Source: Ginkgo biloba
Taxonomy: Eukaryota > Plantae > Ginkgophyta
Direction: 5' to 3'
NCBI GenBank assembly: GCA_024626585.2
Contig: JANKJI020000002.1
Coordinates: 18,883,297-18,903,036 of the forward strand
Length of the DNA stretch: 19,740 bases
Part shown: positions 1-12,579 of the stretch, in pieces
How positions within the stretch are numbered: the stretch's first letter is position 1
Layout: each line of letters starts with the position of its first letter
Position numbers and translations under genes: made by a program
Notes under the pieces: model-generated
Told to the model about the DNA's origin: nothing
The model's input: only the letters and a program-made list of their open reading frames with translations
Databases searched by the model: none

Positions 1-45
1 TATCTCTCCTTTGTTTGTTTGTAGAAAGTGTAATGTTGTTGGGAA

Positions 46-1079
46 TCATGGCATCACTTAAAGAAAATATATGGAAGAAAAGAAGTTATTTAAAGCCTGA
101 TAATTTATATACTCTCAAGAAGAATTATAGGAAGGTGAAAGATCAACGATTCCTTACTCTATACGAATTAAAGGATCATGTTATGATAAATTTAGAATTT
201 TAATATACTTATAGGTTATGTTTAACCTACAATAATGATATTGCTAAGATGTTGAACTAATGTGTTCTTAAATATATAGGTTTCCTTTGAATTATGATAT
301 AGTATGGTGTTTCTTAAAGAAACCTATCGATAATGTCTTAGTGGAAGAGATGCATAGGAGATGGGATATTATGCTTATTTTAAATTTTAAAGATAAAGCA
401 TACTGCTCAAGGTGTGTAGAAGTTAGGAGTAAGTTTTTCATCACATTAATCCAAGACTCTCCTCCAAAGAAAATTAATTGATGGTTTTCACCAAAAAATA
501 GATCAAAGAGACTACTAAAGGCATATGTGGTACTTTATTTAAGTTTTTCTATATCACAAGTAGAAAAATTTAAGTACAAGGTAATAAAAATCATAATGTA
601 AATCGATGTTAATGTTAAAAGGGATTAGTGAAGAGGGATAAGTTAAATATTTTTAATTTTTAAATTTACACTTTAATTTTATCTTGGCATCGTTTGAAGT
701 GAACATATAAAAGATAAGAAGTTATTTGAACCTTTATAATTTTAGATGCTCTTGAGAAGAACTATGAGAAGGTAAAGGATCTATGATTCCTTACTCTATG
801 TAAATCAATGGATCATGTTATGCCAAATTTAACATTGTGATAAATATATAACTTATATTATATCTACTACAATGGTACTCCTAAAATATTGAAACGACAT
901 GTTCTTAAATGTATATATTTCATCTTATTTATTATATATTATATGGAATTTCTTGGAGAAAGTTGCCAATAATATTTTGGTAGAAGAGGGTCATAAGAGA
1001 TGGGAGACTATTCTTATTTTAAATTCCAAAGACCAATCAAGATGCTCAAGGTATAAATAATTGAGGATTAATTTTTTTA
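46..1079. repeat. Diverged direct repeat: copy 1 ~46-440, copy 2 ~681-1079 (cut by gap), offset ~637-639 bp
   Basis: Colinear matches: atcatggcatc(46)/atcttggcatc(681); attccttactctat at 149 and 786; ggatcatgttatg in both; atggga..cttattttaaatt..aaaga at 361 and 1000; tgctcaaggt in both. Confidence 0.85.
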
Positions 1080-1179
1080 NNNNNNNNNNNNNNNNNNNNN
1101 NNNNNNNNNNNNNNNNNNNNNNNNNNNNNNNNNNNNNNNNNNNNNNNNNNNNNNNNNNNNNNNNNNNNNNNNNNNNNNN

Positions 1180-2856
1180 TCTTCTAAAGTCTATTATTTC
1201 TTTGTAGACTTCAAGAAGGCTTTTGATATAGTCCCCAGGCATCTCATTTTTTAGAGGTTACAGAGTCTTTGTATCCTAGAGATCATTATTGTAATAACTA
1301 TGAGAAGATATGAGATAGAGATTAGTCATTTTTAAACTCCTCAAGGAAGTTCTAGAGGTACCCATATCACTATCGGGGTAAAATGGGAATTCTCCCTCTC
1401 TTTGACTCTCTTTGGGGCCTATATTAATGAGATAGAGAAGCGTCTTAGAGATACTGCACATAATAATAATGGTTGCATTGTACATCATATTCTGATATCC
1501 ATCCTTCTATTTGTTGATGATATTATTCTATTGTCTTTCACCCCTAATGGTCTACAACAATAATTTGATTCTCTCACTCTCTTCTGTAAAAAATAAGAAC
1601 TACACATCAATCTCAATAAAACTAAGGTTATGATCTTCAACACTATGAGAGGTACACTTTCTATAATTCACTTTACCTTTAGAGGAGAGCTTATAGACAT
1701 TACCACTTCTTATATTTATTTGGGGGTTTAATTTATAGGGCCATCTTTCATTTTGAGACTAACTTCATAGTTTATACTTTGAAAAGGGTATGCCTCCCTT
1801 TCTCTGTTAGAGCGATAATGTTTCTAGCTCCATTTTCAAGATATCAAATAAAAAATGAATCTCTGTGACACCGTCATCGAGCCCATAATTTTTAATGGTT
1901 TAGAGATATGGGGCCCAAGTATACGGCATCTTGACTAGGCACACATCAAGAGAGTCCATACCATTATGATTCAATGGATCATATGTTGTAAATGTATAGT
2001 ACCCTAATGTATTATTTAGTAAATGTTAAATGCTCATCATTTATGGTCAAATACTACTTTCATACTCATATCTTATCTTCACTGGGTCAGATGCATGGAT
2101 GATACTATTTATGGGAGAAACAAGTATCCCTACCTTGTCCTTTTCTCTTCTCAACAGTTGGCAAACTCTGCCTAGACTACCCAAAGGAACCTTAAATAAG
2201 GTTGGTATGTTGAGGTGTCTAGAATGTTATAGGCATTAGTTATCTCCATCAACCATCTATCTCCTTTTAGGCACTCCCTGGACCCTCTCATTAGACCAAC
2301 CATTTTACCACTTTAGTGAAAGGATTCATTACAATAATTTTTGTCCCTTCAGGGGGAATCTTTACCTTAGATGGTAGGAGAGATGCATCCTCATCCTCCT
2401 TACCTACTANNNNNNNNNNNNNNNNNNNNNNNNNNNNNNNNNNNNNNNNNNNNNNAGATCTATGCAACAACACTCCTCCATAGTAGTTTATTCACTAGAT
2501 GACATTCTTCAAGAGGTGTTAGGAGAACTTATAATAGCTAATGAGGGTGGTGGTATTTGACATGAGATTCCCCTTTAGTCTTTGATCTTTGATCTCCTAG
2601 CCTCCAAACTCATGATAACTTCACAACACATCTTCTTCTATGTATGGCCATATCTTTCTTCTCACTTTTTATTTTTTTCTCACTTTACACCTATTGTATT
2701 GTACACTTGCTCCACTACATTTACTTTATTACTAAGTAGATGATAGGGTGGAGTTTCTTTAGGAGATCCCGTAGACTTGTTATACATGTACTTTTTTATA
2801 TAGTCCCATAGACCTTTTTTGGTTTTTTGTGGACATTAATAAAGATTCATTCTTTC
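1180..2856 (+). mobile_element. Decayed non-LTR retrotransposon (LINE, RTE/RTEX-like): RT domain, C-terminal region and 3' tail
   Basis: One frame from 1201 reads FVDFKKAFDIVPRH, IGVKWEFSLSLTLFGAYINE (decayed GVKQGCPLSPTLFG), ILLFVDDIILLS (1501-; YADD-equivalent), LHINLNKTKVMIFN and SYIYLGV, with many stops. AATAAA at 2838-2843 is followed by gattcattctttc, a decayed (ATTC)n tail. The 5' part is lost at the gap. Clade assignment is tentative. Confidence 0.88.
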
Positions 2857-2859
2857 TTA

Positions 2860-3460
2860 GAAGGTTATTGAAGACTAGATAGACGTTTTAGAAATTATTA
2901 TAAGATGCTACCTTAATAAGATTGAGATCTTAGATAAGAGATCTCCAATTATTTTTCAAGAAGAGGATAATCAGGCTTAGTTAGGAATTCAAGGTCATAT
3001 CTTATTTTTAGTCAAAGGAGGCTATGAGGTTTTGGCTTTCCAAAATAGACATAATGTGGATAAAACATGATTAACCCTTTGGCAATCTCTAGGTCTCCAT
3101 AAGGTAAACCTTTTTATATGGCTCTATTTTCATAATGAGATCCTCACTATAAATAATATTAAAAGGAGAGGATTTCAAGGATCCTCCAAATGAAACATTT
3201 ATGGGTGCTAGGAAGAACATATTAGTCATTTATTTTTCGACTGTCCCTTTCTTAAGGAAATATGGAAAGAATCACTAGAATTAGTTAGTTTCCTTTAGAC
3301 TAGAGAAACTCAAATAGATCATATCTCATATCTATTGGACCATTAAAATGGGAACATTATGCTAAATGGCCATCCAAAAGTGATAAGTGTCTATATAATA
3401 AATATAATAAGTCCTCTCTTGAACTTTATTTTGTGGTTTATGTGGTTGTAAAGGAATAAC
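2860..3460 (+). mobile_element. Decayed L1-clade LINE ORF2 C-terminal fragment (zf-RVT domain)
   Basis: From 3080: WQSLGLHKVNLFIWLYFHNEILTINNIKRRGFQGSSK*NIYGC*EEHISHLFFDCPFLKEIW, matching the plant L1 zf-RVT pattern K..F.WL...ILT.DNL.KRG...C.LC...EE...HLF..CPF...IW. Downstream ILWFMWL*RNN matches W.IW.ERN; upstream reads VKGGYE. Confidence 0.85.
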
Positions 3461-3560
3461 NNNNNNNNNNNNNNNNNNNNNNNNNNNNNNNNNNNNNNNN
3501 NNNNNNNNNNNNNNNNNNNNNNNNNNNNNNNNNNNNNNNNNNNNNNNNNNNNNNNNNNNN

Positions 3561-4405
3561 GACAAACCATTTGATTACTATAGATCAAATCTTATCTGTC
3601 CCATCAATCCTAACTTAAGAAAGGCATACAAGTTCATCCTCACCTCCATAGACTATTTTATTCTATGTTCAAAAGTGATTCCCTCCAAAATGAAAATTGT
3701 AGGAGTGGTGATTAAGTTCATGGAATAAGCCCTCATTCCATAGGTTGGAGTCCCTATTGTCTTGATATCAAAGAATAGTTTTGGTTTNNNNNNNNNNNNN
3801 NNNNNNNNNNNNNNNNNNNNNNNNNNNNNNNNNNNNNNNNATGCCAATTATTATCCATAAGGGAATGGCTTGGCCTAATAAACCAACAAAAAATTGATCA
3901 AAATAATGAATAATACCATTGGGAAAAGATAAAGAGACTAGCACATTAAAATTCATGCAGCTCTATGGGTAGACCAGATTACCCCTAAGGCATATATTGG
4001 TTATTCTCCATTTCTACTAGTGTATAGAAAATAAGCAATATTACCCTCTTATATGTTACATAGAGAATCCATCTCCCATTATGTAGAGGTTATAAATATT
4101 TCTCAAACTCAAGGAAAAAATAAAAAGAGGCCCAAAAAAAACTTCAAAGGCACTAGGAAAGGTTCAAGAGATACTTCGATAAGAAATCCACCTTAAACAA
4201 AAGTTTTAGAGTTGGTAACAAAGTCCTATTATGGAACAAAGCCATTGAGAAGCCAAGAGCACATAAGAAGGTTTATTCTTTATAACTTAGACCATTTGAA
4301 GTATTGGAAGTTAACGAGGATAACACATTCAAATTTAAAACCTAGGAATATTACACTTTGCCCATTTCAATGAATGGCCAATATGTTAAAAAAAATTATG
4401 CTTAA
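3561..4405 (+). mobile_element. Decayed Ty3/Gypsy (non-chromovirus, Athila/Tat group) integrase core and C-terminal GPY/F module
   Basis: KPFDY..NLICPINP..AYKFILTSIDYF...VGVPIVLISKN; NYYP*GNGLA**TNK (YYPQGNGLAESTNK); ALWVDQITPK..GYSPFLLVY; FRVGNKVLLWNK...HKKVYSL*LRPFEV...NTFK...PISMNGQYVKKNYA*. Confidence 0.85.
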
Positions 4406-4494
4406 AGTTGTTATTCTAGCGACTTGTAAAAATATTATNNNNNNNNNNNNNNNNNNNNNNNNNNNNNTAATTAATTATACTAATTTTTCATAAC

Positions 4495-4829
4495 TCACTA
4501 GGGGTAATGTGAAAGAACGAGGCCACTTGTTGACACCTCATTTTCAGCCAACTAGAATAATAAATAAGAAAAGATAAAGGATGACAAAGAAATTATGAAA
4601 ATCCTAAAAAGTATTTCCTTCCTGACTTATTTAGGAAGCTCTTGTAGGTAGTAGGAAGCTATAGTTTATTAGGAGGGAACAACACTATCCTTAGAAATAC
4701 CCCTTTAACTTGGATCATCAAGGATGCTTAATAAAGGCTAGGATTGAGAGCAATGGAGGTGTATTTATAGCATCTTACAATAGGCATTGATGATCTATCT
4801 TGAGAAATATCCTGGGGGAATGTATAATA
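4495..4829 (+). mobile_element. Putative polypurine tract and start of 3' LTR (TGTTGACACC at 4528) of the preceding Gypsy element
   Basis: Purine-rich gaaagaacgaggccact is followed by TGTTGACACCTCATTTT about 120 bp after the integrase stop. The LTR end is not visible (gap). Confidence 0.5.
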
Positions 4830-5554
4830 NNNNNNNNNNNNNNNNNNNNNNNNNNNNNNNNNNNNNNNNNNNNNNNNNNNNNNNNNNNNNNNNNNNNNNN
4901 NNNNNNNNNNNNNNNNNNNNNNNNNNNNNNNNNNNNNNNNNNNNNNNNNNNNNNNNNNNNNNNNNNNNNNNNNNNNNNNNNNNNNNNNNNNNNNNNNNNN
5001 NNNNNNNNNNNNNNNNNNNNNNNNNNNNNNNNNNNNNNNNNNNNNNNNNNNNNNNNNNNNNNNNNNNNNNNNNNNNNNNNNNNNNNNNNNNNNNNNNNNN
5101 NNNNNNNNNNNNNNNNNNNNNNNNNNNNNNNNNNNNNNNNNNNNNNNNNNNNNNNNNNNNNNNNNNNNNNNNNNNNNNNNNNNNNNNNNNNNNNNNNNNN
5201 NNNNNNNNNNNNNNNNNNNNNNNNNNNNNNNNNNNNNNNNNNNNNNNNNNNNNNNNNNNNNNNNNNNNNNNNNNNNNNNNNNNNNNNNNNNNNNNNNNNN
5301 NNNNNNNNNNNNNNNNNNNNNNNNNNNNNNNNNNNNNNNNNNNNNNNNNNNNNNNNNNNNNNNNNNNNNNNNNNNNNNNNNNNNNNNNNNNNNNNNNNNN
5401 NNNNNNNNNNNNNNNNNNNNNNNNNNNNNNNNNNNNNNNNNNNNNNNNNNNNNNNNNNNNNNNNNNNNNNNNNNNNNNNNNNNNNNNNNNNNNNNNNNNN
5501 NNTTAGGTTAGTTCTTTTTACTTTAATAAGGTGATTTTTCTTTAAGTTGAGTTT

Positions 5555-5615
5555 ACATAGCCCACAAGGGGTAATGTAAACCAAGGAGGCCACTTCTTGA
5601 CAACTCATTTTGCTA
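5555..5615 (+). repeat. Second diverged copy of the PPT/LTR-start junction at ~4490-4545
   Basis: catagcccacaaggggtaatgtaaaccaaggaggccacttcttgacaactcatttt versus cataactcactaggggtaatgtgaaagaacgaggccacttgttgacacctcatttt. Confidence 0.7.
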
Positions 5616-6044
5616 TATTAATATGTGCTCATCAAGAAAAAATAAGACAGATAAAATGTCAAATCCAAGAACCCACAAGAACATGAAGATCTTCAAAATT
5701 CAAGTGAAATATGCATCATGTATCTTATGGATAAAGAGAAGGCTTCATCAAAGTTACATCAAAATTATAAAATTTTTGAATAACTTTGTAGTGTGGACTG
5801 TGTGACTTGTATTATTCAATCCCTACATTTTATAATAGTTCTAGCATATATGTGAGATTTCTAGTTCCTACTTAGGTATTTCCCATGGCTCTCTCTCCAA
5901 AGATCATAGGATGAACTAGGGATAATTCCTGAAGGAAGTAGGTTATTCCTTCCTAGGCCTCATTCCATTCCTTGATCCATTCAAGAGCGCCCTTGACGAT
6001 TGATTCAGGAAGCAATGAAAATCAATAGTGCAACCAGGAAGGCT

Positions 6045-6590
6045 CAAAATAATCCAAGAGAGTGCACAATCCTTGAGGGGGTCATAGTGCCACTAAAGTA
6101 GATTTAAAGCACCTGCACCAAAGAGAGGCAAGTTGATCCTAGTATATTTCTATGGTCTTGATGCAGTAATGGAGGTAACATATTCTAGGAGATTTCATAA
6201 TCCTTGATGGATCCATGGTGCCAGTAAAAATTATGTAAATGACATGAGCTAAGGAGATGCAAGCTACTCCTAGTAGCTTTTCACAGTCCTAATGTAATAA
6301 GGGAGAAAAAATGATCCAGTAGACTAAACATCCCTTGAGGGGCCCATGAAACCACTAAATAATATTTAAATCATGTATGCTAAGAAGAGGCAATATGCTT
6401 CTGGTAGATTTTAGCATTCTTGATGCTATAATGGAGGAAAAATAATCTAGGAGAGTGCACAACCTTTGTGGGGACCACAATGTTACTATAGTAGATTGAA
6501 AGCATATGCATCAAGGAGAGTCAATATACTCTTGGAGAATTTTTATAGTCCTTGTGATATTAGGAAAGAATAAAATGACCCAACAGTAAT
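6045..6590. repeat. Tandem array of ~4 diverged 131-bp units
   Basis: Anchor ccttga/ctttg(t) recurs at 6071, 6202, 6333 and 6464 (131-bp period). Units share aataatc[ct]a[ag]gagagtgcacaa, agaggcaa/ggagatgcaa and tcttgatgc..taatggagg. Confidence 0.85.
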
Positions 6591-7399
6591 AAGTCCTAGT
6601 TGTGACAACATTTCTTGGTTGATCTAGGGAGGAGGACAAGTCTCCTTGTGAGTGACAACTACAAAAGCGGTTACTAATGTTAACATTTGTCATTTCAACA
6701 AATTTCCTATTATTAGCAATTTTTCATGTATGGGAAAAAAATTCATATTTGGGGAAAATTTTCTATNNNNNNNNNNNNNNNNNNNNNNNNNNNNNNNNNN
6801 NNNNNNNNNNNNNNNNNNNNNNNNNNNNNNNNNNNNNNNNNNNNNNNNNNNNNNNNNNNNNNNNNNCCTCACCTTCCAGGTAGGTGGATTATTAACTATG
6901 CACCAACATTCTCCTTCATAGATTTCTTCTTTGGTTGCCTGGGTGCATAAACCAACGTTAATGGTATTAGGTGATTAGTTGACCAGATCTTCAAATGATG
7001 TCAATCTATGATATAATCCATTTGGCCTATCTCATAAAATTGCATCAATGAGATCCATATCTTGAATTCAAGTCAGTATTAGACCCTTTCTATCAAACAC
7101 TATTGGTTTTCTCCTAAGGCATATAATTATCAGCCAAAACACCACTGACCATATTGGTTTCCTCCTTATCACTCTGCCAATGATGTTGGCCTTAGATGCC
7201 AATTCTCTATGATCAGCATTAGCCACTAATGAATGTCGAACATCAATGAAGATACTCCATAAAACACTTTTAGTATAGAAAAACATGCATATTAATTCTA
7301 TGGAACTACCGTCCAAAATAATAAGGCTAAAATTGGGCACACTATCGAGAGTACCACCATGATGCTCCCAGGTCAAGTCATAATTCTATAAGAGGTTAA

Positions 7400-9963
7400 A
7401 AATCTTTGAGAGGAGGAAAATATTCGNNNNNNNNNNNNNNNNNNNNNNNNNNNNNNNNNNNNNNNNNNNNNNNNNAATTTGATGGTAATGACTCCAATAG
7501 TTGGGTGTATCGAGATGATAAATTCTTCTTTGTCCATCAAACTTCTATCAATAAAAAAGTTCCCATAGCCTCATTCCACATGGAACATGAAGTTATTCAA
7601 TGGTAATAATGGTTAGAGAAAACCTATAGCATACTTCCATGGGAAGAGTTTAAAAAACATTTACTTACCTGATCTAGGCCAAGCAACTTTAAGGATTTTA
7701 TAGGGGCCTTAACTAAACTCAGGAAGGCTTATTCTATCTGTGATTATCAAACACAGTTTCAAAAATTCGCCAATAGGATAGAAGGATTAGATGACACCTT
7801 TTCCAAAATTATCTTCATTAGTGGGTTGAAGGAGGAAATCCATGCATAGGTAAATATGTTTTAACCAGCAAACTTGGTAGAAGCAGTGGAATTAGAAAAA
7901 TTAGTCGAGGATAAATACACAACTCAAAGATGCACATTCAAACCTTCACAAGGTCGTACACTATTCACACTAAATCAAGACACTATATTGGCACTAAATT
8001 AAGGCACTCTTCCACCACCCATCAAGTTTCTGACTCATGAAGAGATGGTTGCTCGTAGAGAAAATAGGTTGTGCTATAATTACGATGAAGAATATGCCTT
8101 AGGCCATAAATGTATAGAACATAAAATATACCTACTAGATGTGGAGTCACCACTCCATCTAACATGATAGAAATATTAGATAAAGAAGATAGTGAGGATA
8201 AAAATAATTAACATTAGGCATATGAGGACACAACCCCAAAAATCTCTATGCATGTATTAGAAGGAATCACCACTCAAAGGGAACTATTTGACTATTCTCA
8301 TAGATTCTGATAGAACTCATAACTTCATTGATCCTAGGGTGGCCAAAAAATCAGCTTGTTATGTGTGCCCCTATAACAACTTTGAGGTAATGGTCATAAA
8401 TGGTGGTACCTTAGCTTGCAAGGGTAAATGCCAAAATGTCAAGGTACCAATGGGGGACTNNNNNNNNNNAAATCTAACATGTTTGTACTTCCCTTAGGCA
8501 GTTGTGATATGGTTTTGGGGGCTCGATGGCTTTGAACATTGGGACCTATCCTATGGGATTTTAAAAAATTATGGATGGAGTTCAAGATTGAGGGGCATCA
8601 GTATACCATGAATGGCATGAAAGAAGGACCCATAAAAAAATCATCTCACATTGCATGAAAAAATTATTAAAAAGGGGCCACATGGGGTTATGCCTTAAAT
8701 TTGTGCTATCCAGATGAAAAAAATAAAGGAAGATAATAAAACTTGGGATTTGAAAATAATTCTTGATAAGCACTCCTTGGTCTTTATCGAACCTTAAGGA
8801 TTACCCCCATAATGTTCACATGACCATGTAATATAATTAATATTAGACATTTAATGACCTAACATTCATCAATACCATTACCCATACATGAAAAAGATAG
8901 AGATTGAAAAGATGGTCAAGGAATTATTGGAGGCAGGGGTCATCCAACCAATTATTAGTCCTTACTATTCCCTAGTGTTATTAGTTAGGAAAAAAGATGG
9001 GTCTTGGAGGTTATGTGTGGATTTATATGAGTTGAATAAATTGACAATCAAGGATAAATTTCCCACCCTTTCCATTGATGAATTACTGGATGAATTGCAT
9101 GGAGCTTATTTTTTCTCCAATTTGGATATACGATCAGGCTACCATCAAAATTGGCTATGAGAAGAGAATGTTCTAAGGATATCCTTTAGAAATCATGAGG
9201 AGCATTAGGAATTCCTAGTGATGTTGTTTGGCCTNNNNNNNNNNNNNNNNNNNNNNNNNNNNNNNNNNAAATAGATTTTTTTACCATTCCTTTGGAGGTT
9301 AATATTAGTTTTCTTTGATGATAATCTTGTGTACAATAAAATGTGGGAAGAGAATTTAGTTCACTTAGACCAAACCTTACAACTTTTGGCCAGTAATCAA
9401 TTATGTGCTAAAAATTCCAAGTGTTCCTTCATTATAATAGTTGTAGAGTACCTGGGTCATATAGATTCAGTTGATGGAGTTAAGGTATACTTTAAGAATA
9501 TTGAAGATATGCAAAACTAGAATAAACCAAAAACTCTTAAGAGTATTTAGGGATTCTTGGGTCTCACTGGGTATTACTAAAAATTTATAAACGACTATGA
9601 AAAGATTATATGTCCTCTAAGTTCCATGCTAAGGAAAAATTCCTTCCTGTGGTTGGAACCCATTGAACATGCCTTTGACCTCCTCAAGCATGCCATGTGT
9701 ACCATGTTGGTGTTTTCCAAGATCAACGTATCCAAAATATTTATCATCAAAAGTGATATGTCAAGAGTAGGAATTAGGATGAATCTCATGTATGAAGGGA
9801 GACCCTTGGCTTTCACTGGTAAAGTAATTATGGATTATAATTTGGGAAATTCCACTTATAAAAAGATATGATGGCTATTTTTCACACGATGACTTAGTGG
9901 CCATCTTATCTTATGGGGTGATATTTCCTAATCAAGACAGATCACCATAGCCTAAAATATTTT
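7400..9963 (+). mobile_element. Decayed Ty3/Gypsy chromovirus (Reina-like) gag-pol: GAG, protease, RT, RNase H; integrase not visible
   Basis: GAG: FDGNDSNSWVY..KFF...KVPIASFHME.EVIQW, FISGLKEEI, EMVARRENRLCYNYDEEYALGHKC (8042-8113). Protease: ILIDSDRTHNFID (LIDSGSTHNF). RT: SPYYSLVLLVRKKDGSWRLCVD, IKDKFP..IDELLDEL.GA.FFS.LDIRSGYHQ, VFFDDNLVY (9311-). RNase H: FIIKSDMS..GI...LMYEGRPLAF, IKTDHHSLKY. Many stops and frameshifts. Confidence 0.93.
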
Positions 9964-12579
9964 NNNNNNNNNNNNNNNNNNNNNNNNNNNNNNNNNNNNN
10001 NNNNNNNNNNNNNNNNNNNNNNNNNNNNNNNNNNNNNNNNNNNNNNNNNNNNNNNNNNNNNNNGAGAGAATCAAAACTTCTATTAGTTGGATAAGGAGAT
10101 TATAAAAACTACAAATGGTCATTTTAGACCCCTAGATGAACCAGTGAATCATATAAAATAATGATTATCTTAATTCAGTGGTGGAATATGGACTATTAAA
10201 TCATTTAATATCCACATGATGCAAACTCTAAGTCATATGGGAATATGGAAAAAATATAGGATACATCAATTAAGGTCCATAAATAGGTCTATGTTAATCA
10301 TAAATATATTTATGTTCATCCTCCCCAATTAATCTAATTGAAATAAATCTGCAAGTAAGTTGAAGAAAGAAATCAGGAGGTGGCTAAGGTAACCTAAGTC
10401 CAATCTACAAAATATCAAAATCTAAGAGGTAAAGAGGACCCATTACATTTGAATAATTACTACCTAAATATTTTGTGACTATCCTTTATTGGGATCCTAA
10501 ATTTTAAGGTTGACAATTGAGGATCTTTAACACCTTAAATATCATGCATATTTTAGTTCAGTCTAAGTGGTTTTCTCTTAATCTAAGTTTTATTTCTGGT
10601 AATTTGTTCCAATTTTAGAGGGTTTTCTACACACTCTATATTTATCAAAATTTATTAGTTTATATTTATATAAAGTTTAGAATAGGAGTTAATTATGTAA
10701 ATATTATTTTGGAGTCTACTAATGTATCTATTTTATAGATTTTGTACAATTATCTCTCATGAGTATATATACCCTTTTTATATCAAAAAAAGAAATCAAT
10801 GAAATAAATGCATAATATCTAAATGAAGTTCTCCCTTTTTTAAATTTATTATGGTGAACATGAGGGGTGAATGGTAAAATTCCTCCCTTTCATATCAAGT
10901 ATAGAAACACTTAAAGAATTATCTATTAGTTAGACTAGGAAATATTATACTATCCATGTGTGCTAGCTAATAAGCACCCTTAAATGAAACCTTAGAGATA
11001 ATGCATAGAAATAACCATCAAGGCTTCAAATTTTGGGGGATAAGCTTCTTTAAAGTTTTGTTAAATTGAGTACCAACTCACATTACTTACAAATACAAGG
11101 AATAAACTTTATATCATATTAATATTTGACTCCTTTGGTATGTAATTCTTAATTTTGTAAGGCCCTAAGATGCATAGCATCTAGCTACTCTATATTGAAA
11201 ATTCAAATGGAATATTAATATATTGGATACAATTTATTATGGATGGATNNNNNNNNNNNNNNNNNNNNNNNNNNNNNNNNNNNNNNNNNNNNNNNNNNNN
11301 NNNNNNNNNNNNNNNNNNNNNNNNNNNNNNNNNNNNNTAGTAATTTTCCTCTATGAACATAATGTTAAATAAAGTTTAGTATGTTATTCTTGATATTTTT
11401 ATCAATTATGTATAAAATAATTATCTTCAATATCTTATTAAAATACTCCATTTTTTCATTTGATTAGGGATAATATGACAAAGTCTTGGAATGATTAATC
11501 CCTTATTTATTGGAAGGTTCCTCTCTCAACTCATTAATGGCTAANNNNNNNNNNNNNNNNNNNNNNNNNNNNNNNNNNNNNNNNNNNNNNNNNNNNNNNN
11601 NNNNNNNNNNNNNNNNNNNNNNNNNNNNNNNNNNNNNNNNNNNNNNNNNNNNNNNNNNNNNNNNNNNNNNNNNNNNNNNNNNNNNNNNNNNNNNNNNNNN
11701 NNNNNNNNNNNNNNNNNNNNNNNNNNNNNNNNNNNNNNNNNNNNNNNNNNNNNNNNNNNNNNNNNNNNNNNNNNNNNNNNNNNNNNNNNNNNNNNNNNNN
11801 NNNNNNNNNNNNNNNNNNNNNNNNNNNNNNNNNNNNNNNNNNNNNNNNNNNNNNNNNNNNNNNNNNNNNNNNNNNNNNNNNNNNNNNNNNNNNNNNNNNN
11901 NNNNNNNNNNNNNNNNNNNNNNNNNNNNNNNNNNNNNNNNNNNNNNNNNNNNNNNNNNNNNNNNNNNNNNNNNNNNNNNNNNNNNNNNNNNNNNNNNNNN
12001 NNNNNNNNNNNNNNNNNNNNNNNNNNNNNNNNNNNNNNNNNNNNNNNNNNNNNNNNNNNNNNNNNNNNNNNNNNNNNNNNNNNNNNNNNNNNNNNNNNNN
12101 NNNNNNNNNNNNNNNNNNNNNNNNNNNNNNNNNNNNNNNNNNNNNNNNNNNNNNNNNNNNNNNNNNNNNNNNNNNNNNNNNNNNNNNNNNNNNNNNNNNN
12201 NNNNNNNNNNNNNNNNNNNNNNNNNNNNNNNNNNNNNNNNNNNNNNNNNNNNNNNNNNNNNNNNNNNNNNNNNNNNNNNNNNNNNNNNNNNNNGGTTTTA
12301 ATATGTACTATATGGCATATTCAATGTGAGATTCACACTCTTCCATAATGATCCAACTTATATCCATGTTGAAATATTAAATGTAAAGGATACAATTTGT
12401 CAAAAATTATAGTGGCATAAGGATGGGGGTACAATTTATTTGGTATTTATAATCCCATTGAAAAGGGGTATTGGATTTGGAATAAGAAATGTAAAAGGAT
12501 GGTAATATTGGTAAAATCCTTAATAAATACAAACATATAGCCAATAATTATTTGATGAGAAGTTAATTAATATATTTGT

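Noticed and set aside
4775-5608. Long ORFs of 239-277 aa (also 11510-12301)
   Set aside because: Artefacts of translating through N runs.
6955-6975. tggtattagg as a decayed tRNA-Met PBS of the Reina-like element
   Set aside because: The position is plausible, but it is only a partial match to TGGTATCAGAGC and there is no clear LTR end or partner LTR.
10064-11543. AT-rich stretch, possibly LTR or other TE non-coding DNA
   Set aside because: No recognisable domain, terminus or repeat partner could be found by eye.
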